DNA of 64,000 nt from an uncultured Desulfatitalea sp. (GCA_963668675.2 CAXXMB010000002.1:2726154-2790153); one strand, 5' to 3'; counted from the first letter of the stretch, positions 21,354-30,690 are shown. Made by a program: numbers and translations. The notes: generated from the sequence alone by a model not told the origin.

Positions 21354-22529
21354 ATGTCGAACAACTACAGATTTCATTGCCCGGTGAAAGTGGTCTCCGG
21401 AAAGAGTGCCCTGGATAAACTTCCCAGCGAATTCAAACAACTCGGTGGGAATCGGCCAATTATTGTCACTGACCAAGGTGTGGCCAAGGCCGGACTGCTC
21501 GATCTGATTCGAGGCGCCGTGGCCGAGTCCGAACTTACCATCGGGGCGGTCTATGATCAGGTGCCGCCGGACTCTCCGATCTCCTCCATTTTGGATATTG
21601 TGGAGATGTACAAGCAGAACGATTGCGATTGCATCCTTGCCGTGGGCGGCGGATCGACTATCGATACGGCCAAGGGGGTCAAGATCAAGTTGGCTGACCC
21701 GGATATCGATCTGATGAATTTCAAGGCGGTGCTGCGTATGGTCAAGCCGACCCGGCCGCTGATCGTGATCCCCACCACCGCCGGCACCGGCTCTGAAGTG
21801 ACATCGGCGGCGGTGATCTCCGATCCGGACAAAGCGATCAAGCTTTCCCTGATCTCGCCGTCCATGCCGCCCAACACAGCGGTGATCGATCCGCGCATGA
21901 CCGCTACCCTGCCGCCGCGGCTGACTGCCTCGACCGGCATGGACGCCTTGACCCATGCGGTGGAAGCCTGCCTGGGGATCCAGAAGAACCCGATCAGCGA
22001 CGCGGTGGCCGCATCGGCCATCAAACTGATTTTCGAAAATCTGGTCGAGGTGGTCAAGAACGGTCAGAACCTGGAGGCTCGCCTGGCCATGGCCAATGCC
22101 GCCACCATGGCCGGCATCGCCTTCTCCAACTCCATGGTGACCATGGTGCATGCCCTGGGCCACTCGCTGGGCGCCATCTGCCATCTGCCCCACGGCGATG
22201 CCATGACCATCTGCCTGCCTGATGGGCTCGAGTTTAATCTCGATACGATCGGCGACGAGTTGGGTGAACTACTGCTGCCTATTGCCGGTGCCAAGGCGTA
22301 TGCAAATACGCCAAAGGGGCAGCGTGGCCAACGGGTCATTGAAAAGATCAGGGAGTTGCGCCAGACCCTGCACGATCTCAGCGGTTTGCCGATTTCGTTG
22401 AAGGATGCCGGTGTCTCCGCGGACAAACTTTCGGCTGTCGCGGGGATATCTCCTAAGGATGGGGCGGCTTATTACAACCGGAAAAAATTTACTGCCGAAG
22501 AAGCCTTGGAAGTATTGAAGAAAATGTAA
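21354..22529 (+). CDS. Iron-containing (group III) alcohol dehydrogenase
   Basis: GGGSTIDTAKG, PTTAGTGSEVT, and His-rich metal site (THAVEA.., HALGHSLG..HLPHG). GGGGG RBS. Confidence 0.9.
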   Translation: MSNNYRFHCPVKVVSGKSALDKLPSEFKQLGGNRPIIVTDQGVAKAGLLDLIRGAVAESELTIGAVYDQVPPDSPISSILDIVEMYKQNDCDCILAVGGGSTIDTAKGVKIKLADPDIDLMNFKAVLRMVKPTRPLIVIPTTAGTGSEVTSAAVISDPDKAIKLSLISPSMPPNTAVIDPRMTATLPPRLTASTGMDALTHAVEACLGIQKNPISDAVAASAIKLIFENLVEVVKNGQNLEARLAMANAATMAGIAFSNSMVTMVHALGHSLGAICHLPHGDAMTICLPDGLEFNLDTIGDELGELLLPIAGAKAYANTPKGQRGQRVIEKIRELRQTLHDLSGLPISLKDAGVSADKLSAVAGISPKDGAAYYNRKKFTAEEALEVLKKM

Positions 22530-22568
22530 AGCGGCCATTGAAGGGCGCTTTCTGTTTTTGACTTGTAA

Positions 22569-22602
22569 GGGCGGGGTTTATCCCCGCCTTTGCTTTTTGT
22601 GA
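22569..22602 (+). terminator. Rho-independent-type terminator for the adh gene (GC hairpin element, copy A)
   Basis: GGGCGGGGTTTATCCCCGCC followed by TTTGCTTTTTGT. Confidence 0.6.
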
Positions 22603-22615
22603 ATTAGAGCTTCAC

Positions 22616-22636
22616 GGGCGGGGATAAACCCCGCCC
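22616..22636 (-). repeat. Second, inverted copy of the same 20-nt GC hairpin element (copy B); possible terminator for the convergent CMD gene
   Basis: The reverse complement of 22617..22636 is identical to 22569..22588. Confidence 0.55.
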
Positions 22637-22651
22637 CTACAAAAAGCGTGT

Positions 22652-23173
22652 CTATAGGACCGGTTTCTCTTCGATCTCTACCTCGAAATTTTCCAAAAAG
22701 CGTGACACCATCATGTAGTACCCGATGGTAATGGTCAACTCTGCCAGCTCTCGATGCGACATCGCTTCGGCCAGGGCGTTGAAGGTCGAGTCACCGGCTT
22801 TGACATTGTGCACCACCTGATCGGTATATCGCAGCACCTTGCGTTCGATATCATTGAAAATGGGATGGTCCGGGCCATCTTCCAGTGCCGCGATCTTCTC
22901 ATCGCCGACACCGACACCGCGCGCTACACGTTTGTGCTGAAAGACTTCATATCCCGCTCGGCTCAGGATGCCGACCCGCAGAATAGCAAGCTCCCTCAGT
23001 TGGCTGTCGAGTTGATTCTCCCTGAGCAGCGCCCCTCCCAGTTTTAAGAACCCCACAGCTGCCGGCCCGCTGTGGGCCAGCATGCGATAGATGTTGAGCG
23101 GGGGGCGGGTCTCGACGGCTTTGCGGAGTGCTTCGTCGGCTTCGGCCATGTCAAAGTAGGGGATGCGCGGCAT
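22652..23173 (-). CDS. Carboxymuconolactone decarboxylase (AhpD-like) family protein
   Basis: PPLNIYRMLAHS..ELAILRVGILSRAGYEVFQH pattern. ATG 23173 preceded by GAGAGGAG; the longer ORF start was rejected. Confidence 0.75.
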   Translation of the reverse strand: MPRIPYFDMAEADEALRKAVETRPPLNIYRMLAHSGPAAVGFLKLGGALLRENQLDSQLRELAILRVGILSRAGYEVFQHKRVARGVGVGDEKIAALEDGPDHPIFNDIERKVLRYTDQVVHNVKAGDSTFNALAEAMSHRELAELTITIGYYMMVSRFLENFEVEIEEKPVL

Positions 23174-23338
23174 ATAGTCTCCTCTCTCAATTAAAAGGTA
23201 AGGATGCCATTGTCCGCAATCCCTATCCGACACGGAGGCGTTGTCCGGAGTCTCAGCGGTTGCGGCACTGCACGGGCTATGGGCGCAATTGTAGCAGAGG
23301 TTTCTCAATATGTCATATTTGGGGGGAAGTAAGGGGGG

Positions 23339-23743
23339 CTACTGCCCGAAGATCGAGCTGATGAAACAGCCCCCACCGCCGCTGGAACTTGTGCCGCTGC
23401 TGTCGCCACCCTCAAGGGCGTTGTCGCTGCTTTCACCGTCTGATAATGAAGCGAGGTATACCTCGTTGGAGTCACCGCTCTCATTTCCGTCGCTGTCGTA
23501 TGCCCTTACGACGAAATAGTAGGATTCGTACTCGTCGAATCCCGTAACGGTGCATTGGGAGGAGGTGCCTTGCCATTCGGGGTCGTTGTAGGCATACGAC
23601 TCGCCGCGTTCACGGGCGTAGAGCCGGTAGCCTGAAGCATCGGTGCTGGGGTCCCATGCCAGAGTGACGTCTCTGGCGATTGCCATGGTTGGGAGTATGA
23701 ATATCAGCAGGATTAGGAGTGCAACACTTTTTATTGAATGCAT
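23339..23743 (-). CDS. Small secreted FN3-domain protein with Ser/Gly/Asp-rich linker and a G4-C-F-I-S-S-I-F tail
   Basis: Signal peptide VALLILLIFILPTMAIA. FN3 pattern VTLAWDPSTDASGYRLY..YFVVRAYDSDGNESG. AAAGGAA RBS. Confidence 0.65.
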   Translation of the reverse strand: MHSIKSVALLILLIFILPTMAIARDVTLAWDPSTDASGYRLYARERGESYAYNDPEWQGTSSQCTVTGFDEYESYYFVVRAYDSDGNESGDSNEVYLASLSDGESSDNALEGGDSSGTSSSGGGGCFISSIFGQ

Positions 23744-24228
23744 TCGGTTCCTTTAGCCTTAAGCGAATTTGGTGCGTGCGGAGAAGCGCACCTCCCAGAG
23801 AGTAAGCAATGTTGGTGCCAGGTAGCTCTAATGCATAGCGGTCTCCCTCGATTTTTTTGTAAGCAGAAGAAAATTAATGGGTTCTCACTTCACGGGGAAA
23901 ATATCCTTGATTCGATGCATATGGCACTTCGTATAGCGTGTTACGATTTCGAACTTTCGGGTGTCATTTTCGTAACTCGAAAGGCTGCTGTTTGTAATCG
24001 GAGAAGACGTGAGACGATACGTCGCGATCGTAATCTCCGCCTGCTCCGAAACAGGGCGCAATCTCTATCTGAGAAAGTGTACTTCTTTGTCCCGGCTATT
24101 GCCGGCCGGTTCCAAGTACATTTCTATCCATCAAATTTTAAGGACAGTTGATTGTTCGTGGGAAATCGCTTCGCCGAAGGCACCATAATTGCGTACCAGG
24201 TGAGGCGGGGCGAAACGATGAGGGAGCT

Positions 24229-25728
24229 ATGGCATTTTTGAATATAGTTAAATACGCGCTTTGTAAACCCCTTTTGCCTTTAATGGTGGTATTGTTCCTG
24301 ATCGGTTGCGGCGGTACGGCATCCGATACCGGTGACGGGGGAGCAGAGGCGCAGGAGGATTCGACGCCGGCCGGCGATCCGGTTCCAGGATCGTCCGAAC
24401 CGATCGCATGTGATGAGGGCGATGCCGGAGTTGCCGGCAACACTTTCTATCTCGACCCGGTTTCGGGCAGCAACGATAATGACGGCTCGGTGGGAAGTCC
24501 CTGGGGCAGTTTGCAGTCGGTGGTCGAGGCGGGCATGATCGAGACGCGCGCATATGCCGACCTTCCCTATGACGGTGACAACGATCTGGTAGCCCAAAAC
24601 CCGGGGGCGCCTGTCAAGGCCGGCGATACGCTGGTGCTGCTCGACGGTTTTCACGGGGAGTGCTATCTTCGCGGTGCCTACAACGAATATCCCATCACGA
24701 TCAGCGCGGCCGTCGGGCAACGGCCCATGCTTTCGCGGGTTTTTATCTCGGCGGCCGCCAATTGGCACTTCAGGGGGTTGACGGTCTCTCCTTCCACTGC
24801 CGCGACTTATGAAACCCGCACCTTGGTGCAGATCGAATCTCATGGCTGGCATGGCCCGGCCTCTCACATCGTGGTCGAAGATTGTGACCTCTACTCCGTG
24901 TCTGACACCTCCGCCTGGAGCGCGGACGATTGGAACACATTGGCCTGCAGCGCCATATCGGCCTCCGGCGACTGCATGACCATCCGTGGTAATTACTGCA
25001 AGAATGTCAACTTCGGGATCTCACTCAGCGGCAACGGCGGCGTGGTGAACGGCAACACCGTCGAGAATTTCAGTGGCGACGGTATGCGCGGACTGGGCAA
25101 TGACCTGGTTTTCGAGTACAATCTGGTGAAGAACTGTTATGCGGTCAACGCCAACCACGACGATGGGTTCCAGTCGTGGTCCATCAACGACGATCCGCCC
25201 CGGGAGCGCGTCGTGCTGCGCGGCAACACCTTTATCAACTATGAAGATCCCAACCAGCCGTTCCGCGGCACCCTGCAGGGGATCGGCTGCTTCGACGGCT
25301 TCTACGTCGACTGGGTGGTCGAGAACAACCTGGTGATCACCGACCACTGGCACGGCATCTCCCTGTATGGCGCCGTCAACTGCCGTATCGTCAACAACAC
25401 CGTGGTGGACCGCAACGACGAGAGTCCCGGCCCGCCCTGGATTCGCGTCAATCCCCATAAAGACGGCACACCGAGTGAAGGGTGTTTGATCCGCAACAAT
25501 ATTGTCCCGAGTGTCGTTGCCACCGGCGATACGGTAGCGGATCACAATCATCTTCTGACCGCAGGTGACGATCTTTTTGTGGATCCCGACTATTTCGACT
25601 TTCACCTGCGCGCCGATGCGACGGCGGTTATCGATGTCGGTAGCGCCGATCTGGCACCCTCCGAGGACCACGATGGCATCATTCGCCCGCAAGGCGCCGG
25701 GATCGATCTGGGCTGCTACGAACGGTAA
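24229..25728 (+). CDS. Lipoprotein with right-handed parallel beta-helix (polysaccharide lyase/hydrolase-like) fold
   Basis: Lipobox LFLIGCGG. N-terminal FYLDPVSGSNDNDGSVGSPWGSLQ, repeated N-x-[IV] beta-helix rungs, C-terminal DHDGIIRPQGAGIDLGCYE. GAGGGAG RBS at ATG 24229. Confidence 0.7.
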   Translation: MAFLNIVKYALCKPLLPLMVVLFLIGCGGTASDTGDGGAEAQEDSTPAGDPVPGSSEPIACDEGDAGVAGNTFYLDPVSGSNDNDGSVGSPWGSLQSVVEAGMIETRAYADLPYDGDNDLVAQNPGAPVKAGDTLVLLDGFHGECYLRGAYNEYPITISAAVGQRPMLSRVFISAAANWHFRGLTVSPSTAATYETRTLVQIESHGWHGPASHIVVEDCDLYSVSDTSAWSADDWNTLACSAISASGDCMTIRGNYCKNVNFGISLSGNGGVVNGNTVENFSGDGMRGLGNDLVFEYNLVKNCYAVNANHDDGFQSWSINDDPPRERVVLRGNTFINYEDPNQPFRGTLQGIGCFDGFYVDWVVENNLVITDHWHGISLYGAVNCRIVNNTVVDRNDESPGPPWIRVNPHKDGTPSEGCLIRNNIVPSVVATGDTVADHNHLLTAGDDLFVDPDYFDFHLRADATAVIDVGSADLAPSEDHDGIIRPQGAGIDLGCYER

Positions 25729-25752
25729 GGGGCGAGCAGCTGGCCCGGGTGG

Positions 25753-26229
25753 TTATCGATTTTGTGCAGATGTAGGAGACGTCTTGCCCCATGGGTAGGG
25801 CGTCGGCTGTCCCGGGCGATTGATCTGCTCCGGCCCCTTCACACCGATCGGATCGGTTGCTTTCGGGAGATCCTCTCTCTTCTCCTGATCCGTTTCAGCA
25901 GCCGCAATGGCATGAAACGTTTTCTGCGGCTCAAGTCTCAGATCCGTTGGCGCCTGGGGGACTTTAAACTGAAACGGCATTTTAAGCGTGATCAGATCCG
26001 ATTCATTGCCCACTTCGTCGATGGCGGCAATACCGATCTCGACGGGGCCGTCAACATCGGCCAGGGCTTTTACATCTTCGGGCAACACGACTTCGGTGAC
26101 ATTGCCCAGTTTGACGCTGTTCGAGTTGTAGCTCACACCGCCGTCCGCGGACCAATAGAGTTTGTACCCGACCACCTGAGTCGATGGTGATGCGTTCCAT
26201 CGCAGCGTGCGCTTCTTGATTTTGGCCAT
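25753..26229 (-). CDS. Leaderless FN3-like protein with basic N-terminal peptide and Pro-rich tail (putative ParA partner)
   Basis: ATG 26229 preceded by GGAGG. MAKIKKRTLRWNASPSTQVVGYKLYWS..IAAIDEVGNESD. No signal peptide. Confidence 0.55.
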   Translation of the reverse strand: MAKIKKRTLRWNASPSTQVVGYKLYWSADGGVSYNSNSVKLGNVTEVVLPEDVKALADVDGPVEIGIAAIDEVGNESDLITLKMPFQFKVPQAPTDLRLEPQKTFHAIAAAETDQEKREDLPKATDPIGVKGPEQINRPGQPTPYPWGKTSPTSAQNR

Positions 26230-26318
26230 TTGGCACCTCCTGTCGTATGCTGTTGGACCGATGACGCGGGGGTCATCGGTCCGTGGGATTGTCGTCGTCC
26301 GATGATCCGGACGTCGAA

Positions 26319-27071
26319 TCAGGCCAGGGAGTTTTGCCACGTCGGCGGCATGTAGGACTGTTCGTCAAACGACTGCATCATCTCCGGGTCGCTCTCTTCC
26401 ATCGGCTCTTCCTCGCGGAGAGGTTCATCCGCCATAACCGCCACGGGGGGCGCGGCTTCTATCAGTTCTTCGCAGAGGGCTTCCACCTCTTCGGCGGCTT
26501 TGCTGCCCGGTGAATACTGTGTCACGGAGACACCATGCTTCATGGCATCGATAAAGGCGACGCGCTGACTGAGCTCGCCCTTCATGATCTTTTCTCCGAA
26601 AACGGAGAGTTCATCGCTGATCTCACGAGCCACACGCGTGCCGGGGATCTTCTTGGTGACCAGGAAGTGAACCGACAGATCGGGGTTGCCTTGCCGGCTC
26701 TCCTGGATCATCTCCAGGGTTCCTTTGCAGGACCAGATGTCCAAAGAGCTCGGGCTGACCGGGATGATGGCCAAATCGGATAGCGCAAGGATGTTGCGGG
26801 TGGTGCCGGATCTGCCCGGCGGTGAATCGATGATCAGATAATCGCAGCTCTCTGCAAGGAGTTTAACTTCTTCTCTTTTGACGGCTTCAGACAGTTCGAT
26901 CATTTCAAACGCCTGGTTGTTCTCTACCGCCTGCCAACGGGTGGCACTTCCCTGGGGGTCTGCATCGACAAGCACGACGCTGTAGTTTTTCCGTGCCAGA
27001 CTCGCTGCCAGGTTGATTGCCGTTGTGGTCTTTCCGACACCGCCTTTCTGATTGACAAAACTGATAATCAT
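26319..27071 (-). CDS. ParA/Soj-family (deviant Walker A) ATPase with acidic C-terminal extension
   Basis: [36 protein letters not shown]. Confidence 0.85.
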   Translation of the reverse strand: MIISFVNQKGGVGKTTTAINLAASLARKNYSVVLVDADPQGSATRWQAVENNQAFEMIELSEAVKREEVKLLAESCDYLIIDSPPGRSGTTRNILALSDLAIIPVSPSSLDIWSCKGTLEMIQESRQGNPDLSVHFLVTKKIPGTRVAREISDELSVFGEKIMKGELSQRVAFIDAMKHGVSVTQYSPGSKAAEEVEALCEELIEAAPPVAVMADEPLREEEPMEESDPEMMQSFDEQSYMPPTWQNSLA

Positions 27072-27408
27072 CCTCGGTCATCCTCCTATCCTGTAGGGTT
27101 GGCAGATCAACTGATTCCCGTTCCAATATTCCGCACGATGCGAATATGTGCTGTATAGGCAGAGGCATGGCGATGAACGCTTCGATGCTGCACATCAATC
27201 CTTCATCGCTCGCTTTGAGAAATTCGGCCGATGCTTCCGTTTGTCCGAACATTCAGAGCTGATACAACTTTTACGTTCCCATCGGGCGAAAGTCAAGCCA
27301 CAACCACATGATATGGGCATTAAATCCATTAATAGGCCTATATATAGTAGGCTTATGCGAGGAGTTGATGAGGTGGGATGGAAGTAAAAATGAATTTAAA
27401 AATGGTTT

Positions 27409-27807
27409 CTAATCGTCCAGGCAGTAGCACATTTTGTCGGGTATCACGCCCCTTACGCCGCCGGTGGGGTTGGGTGTGTCGCCGTCCCGGCGTGGAATGA
27501 GATGGATGTGGGCATGGAAGATCGTCTGCCCAGCAGAGGTGCCGCAGTTCATGCCGATGTTAAAGCCGGTGATGGTGGGGTCGGACGCGTGGAGCTTCTC
27601 CTTGAGCCTTCGCAGCAACTGCTCGGCATCCCGGCACTCCGCTTCGGTCATGGAGAACCAGTCGGCGGTGTGCCGCTTGGGGATGATCAGATGATGCCCC
27701 TCAGAGACCGGGAAGCGATCCGCCATGGCCCAGACCGATCGGTATTCCGCTGCAATCCGATTTTTGATGTCGGCCGCACAGAAGCGGCAATTCCCTTCAG
27801 AGCTCAA
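27409..27807 (-). CDS. HIT-family nucleotide hydrolase/transferase
   Basis: CRFC N-motif and histidine triad HAHIHLIP. Start inferred at TTG 27807, overlapping the NUDIX stop, with GGGGGAG upstream. The ORF opens at 27903, so the start is uncertain. Confidence 0.75.
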   Translation of the reverse strand: MSSEGNCRFCAADIKNRIAAEYRSVWAMADRFPVSEGHHLIIPKRHTADWFSMTEAECRDAEQLLRRLKEKLHASDPTITGFNIGMNCGTSAGQTIFHAHIHLIPRRDGDTPNPTGGVRGVIPDKMCYCLDD

Positions 27808-28216
27808 TTTCTCCCCCCTGCAGCTTATCGACGAATGGCATGTCCGCCGGTGAAAAATCGTATCGGCCCAGCTCCCTGATTCCCACCCAGGCAAAAGCGT
27901 CATGGGCTCTCAGCGTGATCTCCCCCGATTGCCACGTTGTCCTGTAAGCCAGCAACTCGACGGAAATATGAGGGTAGTGGAAGACGTTAACCCCCACTCG
28001 TTCGGCCACCGCCACTTGGATGTTGAACTCTTCGCGCATCTCACGCATCAGGCAGGCCTCTGGTGGCTCCAACCCCTGGATTTTTCCGCCCGGAAACTCC
28101 CACTTTCCTGCCAAAGGGTCGCCGGCCGGTCTTCTGGCAACAAACAGTTTCCCGTCGTTTGCCATGATGGCCGCCGTGACGCGCGTTAACGGCTTATCTT
28201 CCGCTTTTTTTTTCAT
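27797..28216 (-). CDS. NUDIX hydrolase, MutT-like
   Basis: Nudix box GKWEFPGGKIQGLEPPEACLMREMREEFNI. Confidence 0.85.
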   Translation of the reverse strand: MKKKAEDKPLTRVTAAIMANDGKLFVARRPAGDPLAGKWEFPGGKIQGLEPPEACLMREMREEFNIQVAVAERVGVNVFHYPHISVELLAYRTTWQSGEITLRAHDAFAWVGIRELGRYDFSPADMPFVDKLQGGEIEL

Positions 28217-28436
28217 TCGGTTCTTACGCTCAGGGTTCGATTGCGGGTTTGCCTAACGTTGCGAAAGCCGGGTAAAGATACAAAGAGGGCTCGGTCGTGT
28301 CAATGATCGGTGAAAGCTTGATCTCTCGACATCCGGCTCGCCGGCTGCTATGGTTTCGGAAAAATTCGAATTCTACCTTTTTCGATAGGTTCCCGCGCCG
28401 CTGATTGCCTCTTAACCACGGACAAGGAGAAAAAGA

Positions 28437-29093
28437 ATGCCCACCGCCGCCTCGCAGCAAGCCTTGGAAGGGCTGCGCGATCTAACCACCTTGAAGTGGT
28501 ATGTCATCCCGATGCTCTCTGTTGTTTTTTACATCTATACCGCTGAAATCAAAAAGGCCCGTGCCACTGGCAACTGGAATGCAATCCTGGCCGGACTGAC
28601 CCTGTTCGGCATGGATTTCATCAACGAAACCTGGAACGGATGGGTCTTTCATTTCACACAGCACTCCGCCTTCTGGACCGCACCCGGCCCGACGGCGCTG
28701 CGCACCATGGTTGGCTGGAACATCGAGATCATGTTCATGTTCGCCATTGCCGGCATCATCTATTACAACACCCTGTCGGGAGATCGCCACGCCCGTATCC
28801 TGGGGCTCCCCGATCGCTGGTTCTGGGCCATCGGGTACGCCGCCTTCTGCGTGTTCGTCGAGTGCCTGCTCAACATGGGAGGATTGCTGGTGTGGGAATA
28901 TCCCTGGTGGACGCGTTCCCTCGCAGGTGTCGGTTTGATTTTCCTGTTCGGCTACTTTCATTTCTATGTGGCCATTATCATCATGTTGTCATTGAAATCC
29001 CTGCGCGCCAAGATCTGGATGGTTGCTTCTTTGTACATCGTGGCTGCCGTCGCCAATATTATTGGATTGGGTGCAATGGGTTGGGTTTACTAG
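28437..29093 (+). CDS. Hypothetical integral membrane protein (about 6 TM)
   Basis: AAGGAGA RBS and several hydrophobic helices. No motif recognised. Confidence 0.55.
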   Translation: MPTAASQQALEGLRDLTTLKWYVIPMLSVVFYIYTAEIKKARATGNWNAILAGLTLFGMDFINETWNGWVFHFTQHSAFWTAPGPTALRTMVGWNIEIMFMFAIAGIIYYNTLSGDRHARILGLPDRWFWAIGYAAFCVFVECLLNMGGLLVWEYPWWTRSLAGVGLIFLFGYFHFYVAIIIMLSLKSLRAKIWMVASLYIVAAVANIIGLGAMGWVY

Positions 29094-29130
29094 TCAGTCA
29101 GTTGAATTTTCAATTCAGGAGGATACGGCG

Positions 29131-30153
29131 ATGCAATATACCAAATTGGGTCATACCGGATTGCAGGTGTCACGGATATGCCTGGGCATGATGACCTATG
29201 GCAGTTCCAAGTGGCGCGAATGGGTACTGGATGAAGCGGATACCCGACCGATTTTCAAGCGGGCCGTCGAATTGGGGATCAACTTTTTCGATACGGCCGA
29301 CATGTATTCCGGAGGGATCTCCGAAGAGGTGACCGGCAAACTGTTGCGTGAGTTCACCCGCCGGGACGAGGTGGTGGTTGCCACCAAAGTCTTCTTCCCC
29401 GTGGATCTGGCCTTTGCCGGCAGCTTCGGAAAAACCGCCCCCCAGCCGCCCAACACCAGCGGTTTGTCACGCAAGCGGATTTTTGCGGCCGTGGATGCTT
29501 CACTCCAAAGACTCGGCCTCGACTACATTGACCTCTACCAGATCCATCGCTGGGACAACACCACCCCCATCGAAGAGACGATGGAGGCCCTGCACGATGT
29601 GGTCAAATCGGGCAAGGTGCGCTACATCGGTGCGTCGAGCATGTGGGCCTGGCAGTTCGCCAAGGCCCAACACATCGCCCGGACCCATGGATGGACGCCG
29701 TTTGTCTCCATGCAGAACCACTACAACTTGGTCTACCGGGAGGAGGAGCGTGAAATGATTCCCCTCTGTCGGGACATGGGTGTGGCATTGATTCCATGGA
29801 GTCCCCTGGCCCGGGGATTTCTGGCCGGCAACCGCACTCCCGAGGACAAAGAGGCCGGCAACACAACGCGCTCCAAAACCGACGGGTTTGCACAGTACCT
29901 CTACTACCGTGAAGAGGACTTCGAGGTGGTCGAACAGGTGGGCCAATTGGCGGCCGAAAGAGACGAAACCAATGCCCGTATCGCATACGCCTGGCTGCTT
30001 CATCAAAAGGGGTTGGCCGCTCCCATTGTCGGAGCCAGCAAAATAAACCACATCGAAGAGGCTGTGGCGGCCGTAGAGGTCAAACTAAGTGAAGAGGAGA
30101 TAAAGCGGCTCGAGGCACCGTACAAACCCCATCCGGTGCTCGGGCACGCCTGA
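29131..30153 (+). CDS. Aldo/keto reductase
   Basis: MQYTKLGHTGLQVSRICLGMMTYG, INFFDTADMYS. ATG 29131 preceded by CAGGAGG. Confidence 0.9.
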   Translation: MQYTKLGHTGLQVSRICLGMMTYGSSKWREWVLDEADTRPIFKRAVELGINFFDTADMYSGGISEEVTGKLLREFTRRDEVVVATKVFFPVDLAFAGSFGKTAPQPPNTSGLSRKRIFAAVDASLQRLGLDYIDLYQIHRWDNTTPIEETMEALHDVVKSGKVRYIGASSMWAWQFAKAQHIARTHGWTPFVSMQNHYNLVYREEEREMIPLCRDMGVALIPWSPLARGFLAGNRTPEDKEAGNTTRSKTDGFAQYLYYREEDFEVVEQVGQLAAERDETNARIAYAWLLHQKGLAAPIVGASKINHIEEAVAAVEVKLSEEEIKRLEAPYKPHPVLGHA

Positions 30154-30198
30154 TCGCCGCATCAATGGCCAGCTGCCTGATATGAAGGGAGAACGGAT

Positions 30199-30690
30199 AT
30201 GGCGAATGCAAGTTGCAGATATGCCTATACCCTCTTGACAACTTTACTGACGCTAATTCTCTTTATGGGATGCTATCCCAAGGGCGTGGGGCCTCTCGGC
30301 CCGGACGGGGACGCATTGACCTGGTCTGAAATGAATATCGAACAGCGTAAAACGCACATGAAGTCGGTCGTCCTGCCACGGGCGGCCGCTGTGTTTCGAA
30401 CCTGGCGCCCGGATCGCTATGCTACCATTGAGTGCAATCTATGCCACGGTATCGGTGTCCACTACGGCAATTTTCGCATGCCTTCCGACCACCTCCCTCG
30501 GCTCAGCGGGGATTTGCTCCTCACAACCGAGCGCAACAAATACCCAAAGACCACTCAGTTGAAATTGGATCGCCTGGTGCCGGAAATGGCGGACGCCCTC
30601 GGATTCAAAAGCTTCAGCCTGATTACCCGAAGGGGCTTCGGCTGTTACTCCTGCCATCTGGGGCCGCAGGGTCCCATGTATGGGAATTAG
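30199..30690 (+). CDS. Dihaem c-type cytochrome lipoprotein
   Basis: Lipobox-like LILFMGC. Two CXXCH motifs (CNLCH, CYSCH). GAAGGGAG RBS. Confidence 0.65.
   Translation: MANASCRYAYTLLTTLLTLILFMGCYPKGVGPLGPDGDALTWSEMNIEQRKTHMKSVVLPRAAAVFRTWRPDRYATIECNLCHGIGVHYGNFRMPSDHLPRLSGDLLLTTERNKYPKTTQLKLDRLVPEMADALGFKSFSLITRRGFGCYSCHLGPQGPMYGN

Noticed and set aside
21201-22193. 330-aa ORF antisense to the alcohol dehydrogenase gene
   Set aside because: Gly/Arg/His-rich with no motifs. The plus strand encodes a well-supported Fe-ADH.
23270-23341. Possible read-through of the FN3 protein stop (TAG at 23339..23341) to complete a longer C-terminal sorting signal
   Set aside because: The downstream in-frame sequence (PPLLPPKYDIL..) is not hydrophobic and runs toward the start of the next gene. 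There is no support for read-through.
23738-24151. 137-aa ORF in the A+T-rich spacer between the FN3 and beta-helix genes
   Set aside because: No RBS, and a Cys/Arg-rich translation with no motif. The region more likely holds divergent promoters. A few short stem-loops there (e.g. GTTACGA..TCGTAAC) were too weak to call as an RNA element.
28234-28244. GGTTCGATTGC resembling a tRNA T-loop
   Set aside because: I could not fold an acceptor or anticodon stem around it. It lies in the NUDIX / membrane-protein divergent promoter region.
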